Assembly: GCA_023898425.1 (NCBI GenBank)
Contig: CP060222.1
Location: forward strand, 570,001 to 602,000
Reading direction: 5' to 3'
DNA from: Candidatus Saccharimonadota bacterium
GTDB taxonomy: Bacteria; Patescibacteriota; Patescibacteriia; 2-12-FULL-60-25
Length of the DNA stretch: 32,000 nt
Position numbers and translations under genes: made by a program. Below, in pieces: positions 25,842-32,000 of this stretch (its first letter is position 1; every line of letters starts with the position of its first letter). A model generated the notes under the pieces. That model saw nothing but the letters and a program-made list of their open reading frames with translations. It had not been told where the DNA came from and searched no databases.

Positions 25842-27204
25842 AAGCTCCTAGTACTTGATACCCTCGCATATACAATGTTTGTGCAATTATTTTTGCACCA
25901 AAGCAGTTCGCGTATTGCTGACAGATTACCGTAACCGATGAGTTTTTTGGGATTAAAGCGAGGCTATTTTCAACATCGGTATTACTTGTTGAGAAAAGCG
26001 GGATACGAACAATGCTATCCTGCGGGTCAGCAAGAATCTGATACTCTTCACGAGCATCGATCACGACAGGATTTTTTTGCATACTCTTTTGCCAATCCTT
26101 TTTTGATTTTATATCAGCGAATTGCGGGTAAGTTTCAAAAAATGAGAGCGTTCCTGTCCAGATGCCGTGATACTCATTTACCCAACTATTTACACCATTT
26201 TCTAATGCATAGGCTTGATAACCCTTATCACGTAAAGCGCTGGCAATCTCACTCCCGCGACCACCGCTCCAGCAATAAACGACAATAGGTTTATCTAACG
26301 GTAAATATAATTCAGGATGTTCGATCGCATCAAAACCGCGCACATGGATACTGCCAGGGATATACCCATTTTTTCGTTCGAGGTTTTCGCGCGCATCCAA
26401 AATCACTATATCTTTCTTTTCTTTGATCCAATCACCAACGACCGCATTCTTTATTGAAAGAGGTGAATTTTCTGCCTTTTCATCAACTGAAATGGTTTTT
26501 ATCTTCTTTGAAGAGAGTAATTTTAATTTCGCTGGTTGGCCATTGGTCATCAAGACCTCTTGAACAACTTCGTAGAGATCTAATACGCCATATTCACGAA
26601 TAGCAACGAGTAACTGCCGCTGAGTCGCAGAAACTGGCTTCATTTGTAAAACATCAATATGAAGCGCGTTTTGATACCAGCTTATAAGTTCAGCCTCGCT
26701 ACTTGCGGCTCCGGTCATCGCAAAAGCCTTACTAAATTGCTTATGATCAACAGCTTCGTAATACGAGGCAACAAATTGACTATTTGTGTCTTGCGGTAAA
26801 GGACTATAAGCAATCCCTAAAAGCGCTGCAGATTCTTGCGGTGATGTTTTATACTTTGATACGAGTGACGCAACAAGCTGCTCTTCTTGCGCTTTGTAGA
26901 GTTGGTAGTCCTCAAACTCTGTTATTGGTTGCGTGCTCGTTACGCTTGTTTGGGTCGTGGTTGCCGTAATGATGGTTGATGTCGCGTTATATGGATCATT
27001 TCCCTTTAATGGCGTTCGCGTACTAAGCCACCAATACAAAATACCACCTCCGATAAGGATCCCAATGATGATAGAAAATACCACAATAAATACCATTCTA
27101 TATTTGCTTGCGCTAAATCTTGCAGAGAGAGCCGCCAAAAACTTAAGAGCAGCGCTGTAAAAAACCGAATAACTGCATCCCTTGCGTGATAACACTGGTA
27201 ACAA
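25825..27204 (-). CDS. membrane-anchored protein with two C-terminal rhodanese-like domains
   Basis: A TM anchor (MVFIVVFSIIIGILIGGGILYWW) and a Thr-rich linker. The first rhodanese domain has the active-site loop VVYCWSGGRGSE. The second has no obvious catalytic Cys-loop (VTVICQQYANCFG). The start is uncertain: TTG at 27204 or ATG at 27096. The 3' end overlaps the next gene by 17 nt. Confidence 0.7.
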   Translation of the reverse strand: MLPVLSRKGCSYSVFYSAALKFLAALSARFSASKYRMVFIVVFSIIIGILIGGGILYWWLSTRTPLKGNDPYNATSTIITATTTQTSVTSTQPITEFEDYQLYKAQEEQLVASLVSKYKTSPQESAALLGIAYSPLPQDTNSQFVASYYEAVDHKQFSKAFAMTGAASSEAELISWYQNALHIDVLQMKPVSATQRQLLVAIREYGVLDLYEVVQEVLMTNGQPAKLKLLSSKKIKTISVDEKAENSPLSIKNAVVGDWIKEKKDIVILDARENLERKNGYIPGSIHVRGFDAIEHPELYLPLDKPIVVYCWSGGRGSEIASALRDKGYQAYALENGVNSWVNEYHGIWTGTLSFFETYPQFADIKSKKDWQKSMQKNPVVIDAREEYQILADPQDSIVRIPLFSTSNTDVENSLALIPKNSSVTVICQQYANCFGAKIIAQTLYMRGYQVLGAYDLSR

Positions 27205-27330
27205 TCTCTGGCGCAGGTATCGCCTGTGCTTTTTGTGGCGTCCAAAGAAGTAGAACAGCCAATAGGCTCAAGAGGAGGGCTTTTGCATAGCGTTATTCTA
27301 CCTAAACGTCACCGCCCCGTCATTATGACA

Positions 27331-27355
27331 ATAAAAAGCCCCAGTTACCCGGGGC
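27331..27355 (-). terminator. intrinsic terminator after the 404-aa orphan gene
   Basis: The minus strand reads GCCCC-gggtaact-GGGGC followed by TTTTTAT. It lies 23 nt past the stop at 27378. Confidence 0.6.
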
Positions 27356-27377
27356 ATTAGTTCATTTCATGACATTA

Positions 27378-28592
27378 CTAGTTATGCTTAGGCACAATAT
27401 CGTAACGCTCATGATCGCGACGTTGATTTGTGAGCAGGCTTTCAATCTTGATATCGCAGCTATAGAGCAGTGTTGCTATCAGAATGATTCGCTCTTTTTT
27501 ATTCTTCAAAGCAAGGAGATATCGCAACGTTGAATCGAGGTCAGAAACCCGCTCCATCCGTTGCACGGCGCAGATTAACGCCTTCATCTTTGTCTCTGTA
27601 GCTGACATTTGCTCAAGATAGCAAATGAACCTACTCTGAGCCGTATCCAAATAAAAATCACAGTTTCCGCAAAACAGAAGCAGTATCTCATCGCGTACTA
27701 CATCGTCTTCGATACGATGTAACTCATTCTTAAAGTACCGACGAAACTTATCTCGATGCTCGAGATACAAAAGGCGCGCGAGGTAGAGCCCTGTGCCTCT
27801 ATAGTGCAAACTATTTAGCTCATCGATGACGGTTCGACAATGCGAGACTGGTTTCTGCCAAGCCTGATAGACATGATATGCATCCTGCCAGTGACAAAGC
27901 TCCTCTTTTGTGAGCGACACCGATCCTAGAGTCGTGACATCGGTGTTGTGAAGGAGTATTTCTCTCATATCACCGAGAGACTCGCATACTTGTGCATATT
28001 TCTTGATCACATCAGGATCCATAGATAGCGTCACCGAGAGCACCCGCATCGCTTCCGCTATTATGAGCACGTGCTCGTAGAGCGGTACGTCTATAAGCTC
28101 CGTCGCAAAGGATTGCAGCACCGTGCGTGCGATCGTGCCGTTATCTTGTGATTTTTTCAAAAGCAAGGCCTGGGCATGAATCACCGTTTCAACGCTATTT
28201 ACACTGCGTAATGAATGATTCACTCTGCGCACTGGCCGCTGCAAAACAACGCACTTGGTCAATGCGTTAATAAGACTAGCGTCCGCCTCAACGTCTTGCC
28301 GAAGAATGGCATCAATGCATTTTATCGCTAACGCGCTATAAATACTTGATTCTTTTTTTGGAAGATTCAGCAAACAATCTACAGGATTAGTGTCTGCGCC
28401 TGAGAACACCTGATCATTAACGGCATGAACATAATCATTCATGCCAAATGTCTTTTTCCAGACCTCTTTCTTGAGGTTATAATGTCTCTTGTATTTGGGA
28501 TACTTGTCAGTAATCCCTTGCATAAAGTTCGTGAGCATTATGATATCAATACCACTTGGCGGAGTTTTGTATCCTCGCTTACTTCTTTTCAT
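27378..28592 (-). CDS. hypothetical protein (404 aa), monocistronic, predicted helical and Cys-rich
   Basis: The ATG at 28592 is preceded by AAGGAG at 6-nt spacing. A consensus promoter lies upstream and a terminator downstream. No family recognised. Confidence 0.7.
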   Translation of the reverse strand: MKRSKRGYKTPPSGIDIIMLTNFMQGITDKYPKYKRHYNLKKEVWKKTFGMNDYVHAVNDQVFSGADTNPVDCLLNLPKKESSIYSALAIKCIDAILRQDVEADASLINALTKCVVLQRPVRRVNHSLRSVNSVETVIHAQALLLKKSQDNGTIARTVLQSFATELIDVPLYEHVLIIAEAMRVLSVTLSMDPDVIKKYAQVCESLGDMREILLHNTDVTTLGSVSLTKEELCHWQDAYHVYQAWQKPVSHCRTVIDELNSLHYRGTGLYLARLLYLEHRDKFRRYFKNELHRIEDDVVRDEILLLFCGNCDFYLDTAQSRFICYLEQMSATETKMKALICAVQRMERVSDLDSTLRYLLALKNKKERIILIATLLYSCDIKIESLLTNQRRDHERYDIVPKHN

Positions 28593-28628
28593 CAGATACT
28601 CCTTTTCAAAGTGCAAAACTGTTTATTT

Positions 28629-28656
28629 TATTATAGCAAAATGACGTTTCTGTCAA
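28629..28656 (-). promoter_or_regulatory. consensus sigma70 promoter TTGACA-16-TATAAT
   Basis: The minus strand reads TTGACAagaaacgtcattttgcTATAAT. The -35 box overlaps the stop codon of the upstream membrane-protein gene. Confidence 0.65.
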
Positions 28657-29381
28657 TGCTTTGATTGCCGATGCAACATCTCCGCTTGGTTTGCAAATAC
28701 TTTTAACAAAGAAACATCAACTTCTGGGATTTGATTTTCGTCTAGGATAAGTAGTAAAAATGCCTTTGACGAATGCACACCTTCTGACGGAATCACCAGA
28801 ACTTCTTTACCATCTTCTGAGGCGATAAAGGCATGACTTACGCCGCGCTCAGGAACAGCTAAAAGATCTTTATTTGAAACTTTAAAGACAAATTGATGCC
28901 CAGTGCTATGCGTATGTTCTGCTTCGGTTCTGAGGTGTGGTGTATCAATAATACGTAACAAGCAAGCTTTTGCCCCAACAGATGCGCTCGCATGTGTAAC
29001 AAGTGCTTGAAAAAGATCTTTTGACCAACCCTTACCCCGAATAAAGTTTAACGAGGTTTGATTAGATACCTTTTTTAATAATTCAATTTTTCGGTTAATG
29101 GTTCCGATATAAGCATAGGACTCTATCAGTTCTTGTTTGGTTTTATCGTGATTCATCTCTTCTGCTTTTTCTTCTTCGAGGTGTTCTTCGATGAGACGAC
29201 CATAGGCTACAAAAACACCTAAGCCAACCATTCCAAAGAGAAAAATGGTAAATTCTTCTAATGCCGTTTCTGAAAGCCCAAAACGCCCTTGTGAATGCAA
29301 CGATGGAGCAAAGATAGCCAATACAAAACAAAGAAGATAAATAGCTATCATCCAAGCAAATCGTCCTGATTTATTCTTCAT
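28653..29381 (-). CDS. membrane protein (two N-terminal TM helices, acidic coiled linker, soluble C-terminal domain of unknown type)
   Basis: FAWMIAIYLLCFVLAIFAP and FTIFLFGMVGLGVFVAYG helices. It overlaps the mnmA 3' end by 11 nt, so it is probably co-transcribed with rlmN-mnmA. Confidence 0.65.
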   Translation of the reverse strand: MKNKSGRFAWMIAIYLLCFVLAIFAPSLHSQGRFGLSETALEEFTIFLFGMVGLGVFVAYGRLIEEHLEEEKAEEMNHDKTKQELIESYAYIGTINRKIELLKKVSNQTSLNFIRGKGWSKDLFQALVTHASASVGAKACLLRIIDTPHLRTEAEHTHSTGHQFVFKVSNKDLLAVPERGVSHAFIASEDGKEVLVIPSEGVHSSKAFLLLILDENQIPEVDVSLLKVFANQAEMLHRQSKH

Positions 29382-30531
29382 GCTGTGAGTCTACTGATAA
29401 ATCCTCCATGAAGCCACCCCCGAGACATTCGTCGTCTTTATAGAGTACCGCGGATTGACCTGGGGCTAATGCCCAAACCGGTTCTGCAAAGACAATATGC
29501 CAATAATCTCCTTGTTTTTTGATAGAACACGTCATCGGTGTTTGACGATAACGAATAGCGCACTTTACCTCCACTCGCTCAGAATCATCCCCTGGCCCTT
29601 CTGAACCCCCCGCCCCCACACTTGTGGGGGTTCTAGATATCCAATGAGTATTACGCAACAAAGCCTCAGATGAATACATGAGCGGGTCTTCGCGGTCGTT
29701 TACGATAATGAGCTCGTTTTTTTTGATATTCTTTTTTGCGACATACCAGCTTTTGCTTTCGCTCGTTACAAGCAAGCCATGTCTTTGACCGATGGTATAA
29801 GCATCAAGCCCATCATGTTTGCCAAGTTTTTTGCCGTCTTTATCAACAATATCACCTGGTTGTGCCTTGTTCTTTTTTCGTAAAAAATCATGAAAATCAA
29901 TTTTTCCAACAAAGCAAATACCTTGGCTATCAGGTTTTTGCGCTGTAGGTAATTCAAATTTCTTAGCTAAATCACGTACTTCATTTTTCTGTAAGTGACC
30001 GATAGGAAAAACGGACTGTCTAAGCGCTTCTTGTGAAACTCGGTGTAAAAAATAGGTTTGATCTTTGTTTTCATCCGCGCCTTTTAGGAGATACGTTTGA
30101 CCGTCTTCATCTTCACGTAAACGCGCATAGTGGCCGGTGGCGATATAATCAAAACCAAGCTCTTTTGCCTTTTCAAAAAAGAGTCCGAATTTTATTTCTT
30201 CATTGCATAAGACATCTGGATTTGGCGTGATGCCATCAGCGTATTCTGCAAACATGCGATCAATCACGCGTGCGCGATAGGTCTCTTCAAAATCAAATGT
30301 ATGTAATGGAATACCGAGTTTTGCAGCAACACGAATAGCGTCACGTCTTTCGCCGCGCCACTGACACTCACCTGTCCAAAGATCTACGGAGTCAGACCAG
30401 TTTTTGATAAAGCCACCTTCAACAATACAACCATGCTCAACGAGTAATGCCGCTGAGACACTCGAATCCACCCCGCCGGACATCCCGACGAGGACGCGAG
30501 CACCTTTTGGCGGTAAACGATTTTCGAGCAT
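29371..30531 (-). CDS. mnmA: tRNA-specific 2-thiouridylase (tRNA U34 2-thiolation)
   Basis: PP-loop VLVGMSGGVDSSVSAALL, ATGHYAR and CFVG motifs. It contains a Gly-rich insertion (PTSVGAGGSEGPGDD). Confidence 0.92.
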   Translation of the reverse strand: MLENRLPPKGARVLVGMSGGVDSSVSAALLVEHGCIVEGGFIKNWSDSVDLWTGECQWRGERRDAIRVAAKLGIPLHTFDFEETYRARVIDRMFAEYADGITPNPDVLCNEEIKFGLFFEKAKELGFDYIATGHYARLREDEDGQTYLLKGADENKDQTYFLHRVSQEALRQSVFPIGHLQKNEVRDLAKKFELPTAQKPDSQGICFVGKIDFHDFLRKKNKAQPGDIVDKDGKKLGKHDGLDAYTIGQRHGLLVTSESKSWYVAKKNIKKNELIIVNDREDPLMYSSEALLRNTHWISRTPTSVGAGGSEGPGDDSERVEVKCAIRYRQTPMTCSIKKQGDYWHIVFAEPVWALAPGQSAVLYKDDECLGGGFMEDLSVDSQHEE

Positions 30532-30532
30532 A

Positions 30533-31630
30533 TTACTTACTTAAGACCTTGTGTTGTTTTTTGGCGCGATTGATACGCGTTGCTTCGAGGCCTTGATGCG
30601 TAACGCCTTCGGATTCTTCTACGGCAAGCTGACCGCAGGCAGCGTCAATGTCTTCGCCAAATGTCACGCGATGCGTTGCAGGTACGCCACGATCATGGAG
30701 CCATCGAACAAACTCAATACGATTTTCTTTATTGGTCGCATCAAATGATTCGGTTGGATGAAACTTGATAACATTTACATGGACTAGACGATAATCTGGA
30801 CCTAAAATATCTGCCAATGCATTTGCCTCCTCGAACGAATCATTAATCCCTTTTAAGAGAAGATACTCAAACATGACTTTGCGATTTGTCTTTTCCATAT
30901 AGGTATGGACTGCTGCAAGAAGTTTTTCGAGATTATACGGTGTATTGACCGGCATAAACTTATTACGCGTCTCATCTGTACCAGCATGAATTGAGATCGC
31001 AAGGTTTACTTGAAGATTTTCTTCGGCTAATTTCAAAATAGCAGGCACGATCCCACACGTAGAAATACTCATATGACGAGCGCCGAGGTTAAAGCCTTCG
31101 CCATCATTTAAGACGCGTAATGCCTTCATGACATTATCGTAGTTATGAAACGGTTCACCCATTCCCATTAATACAAGATTGGTGACTCTCTCGCCCTTAT
31201 CTTCTTGTTTGAGCCAACGAGCAAAGTAAATCACTTGCTCGTAAATTTCTGCCGCTGACAGATTGCGCGTAAGTCCCATAGTACCGGTCGCACAAAAAGC
31301 GCAAGCCATCGCGCAACCAACCTGTGAAGAAACACAAACCGTATTACGCCCATCTTCGTGACGCATGAGTACGGCTTCGATTTTTTGACCATCATGACAT
31401 TCAAATAATGTTTTTACCGTATCACCATGTGGTGCTGTAAGCGTTTTAACGAGCTTTAACGTGTCCCAGGGAGCTGCAGTCACACAAGCCTCACGCAAAG
31501 ACTTACCGTAGGTTGTGACATCGTCCCAATTGGCGGCAAGTTCCACAAAATATGCCTGCTTCGCTTGCTTTAAGCGAAAGGCTGGTTCTTTGCGTTCTTT
31601 AAGTAATTCTTCGAGGGCGTGGATGTCCAT
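30533..31630 (-). CDS. rlmN: 23S rRNA/tRNA adenine-C2 methyltransferase, radical SAM
   Basis: Radical-SAM cluster motif CAMACAFCATG, GMGEP and a C-terminal catalytic Cys (IDAACGQL). I chose the ATG at 31630 (MDIHALEELL) because a promoter occupies the upstream part of the track ORF. Confidence 0.9.
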   Translation of the reverse strand: MDIHALEELLKERKEPAFRLKQAKQAYFVELAANWDDVTTYGKSLREACVTAAPWDTLKLVKTLTAPHGDTVKTLFECHDGQKIEAVLMRHEDGRNTVCVSSQVGCAMACAFCATGTMGLTRNLSAAEIYEQVIYFARWLKQEDKGERVTNLVLMGMGEPFHNYDNVMKALRVLNDGEGFNLGARHMSISTCGIVPAILKLAEENLQVNLAISIHAGTDETRNKFMPVNTPYNLEKLLAAVHTYMEKTNRKVMFEYLLLKGINDSFEEANALADILGPDYRLVHVNVIKFHPTESFDATNKENRIEFVRWLHDRGVPATHRVTFGEDIDAACGQLAVEESEGVTHQGLEATRINRAKKQHKVLSK

Positions 31631-31643
31631 AAAAATGGCTTTG

Positions 31644-31672
31644 TTTATAACAAAATACAACCACGATGTCAA
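31644..31672 (-). promoter_or_regulatory. sigma70-like promoter TTGACA-17-TATAAA with TGn extension, 13 nt upstream of the rlmN ATG
   Basis: The minus strand reads TTGACAtcgtggttgtatttTGtTATAAAcaaagccatttttATG. Confidence 0.55.
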
Positions 31673-31690
31673 TGCGCAGAATCCTCATTT

Positions 31691-31720
31691 TTGACAAATA
31701 TTATATTGACAAATATTACA
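31691..31720 (+). repeat. tandem 15-bp direct repeat, each copy containing TTGACA (possible -35 box and/or operator)
   Basis: TTGACAAATATTATA followed by TTGACAAATATTACA (14/15 identical). It lies in the divergent rlmN / + strand gene intergenic region. The first copy with a 17-nt spacer gives TATTAC as a possible -10 box. Confidence 0.6.
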
Positions 31721-31773
31721 TTTTATGATAACTCCTTGGATGGATTCACTCTCAGTTAAAAAAGGAGATACGC

Positions 31774-32000
31774 ATGAGTACGAACCAACGTAAACGTTCT
31801 TTAGCAAAGTCAAAACATCGAAAGAGCGATCGGCCCCGTTTGAATACGGAACCTTTGAATCAGATACCTCAGAAACGTTTGTTCTCATACAAAGTATTGT
31901 TGGTACTGATCGTTGTCATTTTTGGCGTGATCATCTGGAAGAAGCAAAGCTCTGCTGAGTGGCAATCGCAACACGCCGTTAATCAAACACTTACTGCGAA
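31774..32000 (+). CDS. partial CDS (3' end off-window): basic N-terminus followed by one TM helix, function unknown
   Basis: The ATG at 31774 is preceded by AAGGAG at 7-nt spacing. The frame is open to the window end: MSTNQRKRSLAKSKHRKSDRPRLN...VLLVLIVVIFGVIIW... It is absent from the ORF track because it has no stop codon. Confidence 0.6.
   Translation, partial: MSTNQRKRSLAKSKHRKSDRPRLNTEPLNQIPQKRLFSYKVLLVLIVVIFGVIIWKKQSSAEWQSQHAVNQTLTA

Noticed and set aside
27319-27329. An 11-nt palindrome GTCATtATGAC between the orphan-gene terminator and the rhodanese gene, considered as a possible operator.
   Set aside because: It is a short single occurrence, and I could not place an associated promoter with confidence. 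It is not distinguishable from chance.
31685-31888. A 67-aa minus-strand ORF in the rlmN upstream region.
   Set aside because: It overlaps the tandem-repeat/promoter region and the SD-preceded + strand CDS starting at 31774. It has no ribosome-binding site and no plausible protein features.
1-32000. Looked for CRISPR repeats, tRNA/rRNA genes, transposases, integrases, reverse transcriptases and toxin-antitoxin pairs.
   Set aside because: I found no regularly spaced repeats, cloverleaf-like sequences or rRNA-like stretches. No ORF has DDE, tyrosine/serine recombinase, RT (YxDD) or typical small toxin/antitoxin architecture.

Overview
The window is a compact bacterial chromosome segment. Most intergenic gaps are under 50 nt, and every gene after 2.6 kb except a partial CDS at the right edge is on the minus strand. 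I found no rRNA, tRNA, CRISPR array, transposase or integrase.

Gene content, left to right:
- A fragmented priA 3' part, then def and fmt (+ strand).
- A convergent CCA-adding enzyme gene.
- A lipoprotein gene and a 149-aa orphan, each with its own promoter.
- A glycan operon: MOP/Wzx-type flippase, a frameshifted GT1/GT4 glycosyltransferase, and a GT2 fused to a polytopic O-antigen-ligase-like domain.
- A three-gene cassette of unknown function (290-aa orphan, 785-aa methyltransferase fusion, 402-aa HD-domain protein), bracketed by two hairpins with identical arms.
- An SPFH/band-7 gene and a small orphan.
- A ribosomal/RNAP block: infA-rpmJ-rpsM-rpsK-rpsD-rpoA-rplQ-rplM-rpsI.
- A 440-nt gene-free gap holding a promoter, roughly 250 nt of strongly structured sequence and a terminator (candidate orphan ncRNA).
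- A histidine phosphatase and a 207-aa orphan.
- An operon of a membrane-anchored tandem rhodanese, a PPDK_N plus swivel-His dikinase-like protein, and alaS.
- A monocistronic 404-aa orphan with a consensus promoter.
- rlmN-mnmA plus a membrane protein.
- A partial + strand CDS at the right edge.

Reduced-genome hallmarks are an RpoA without the C-terminal domain, an AlaRS without C-Ala and a short L13. By inference only, these suggest a streamlined Patescibacteria/CPR-like organism.

Two cross-cutting patterns stand out:
- Five reading-frame breaks all need the same correction (one added base), and four of them sit in 4-5 nt homopolymers. This points to systematic homopolymer under-calling at least as much as to real pseudogenes.
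- Sigma70-like promoters (TTGACA-16/17-TAnnAn, often with an extended -10 TGn) recur. Several sit only 8-13 nt from the ATG, implying leaderless or near-leaderless mRNAs.

All product calls come from motifs read by eye. No database search was run.
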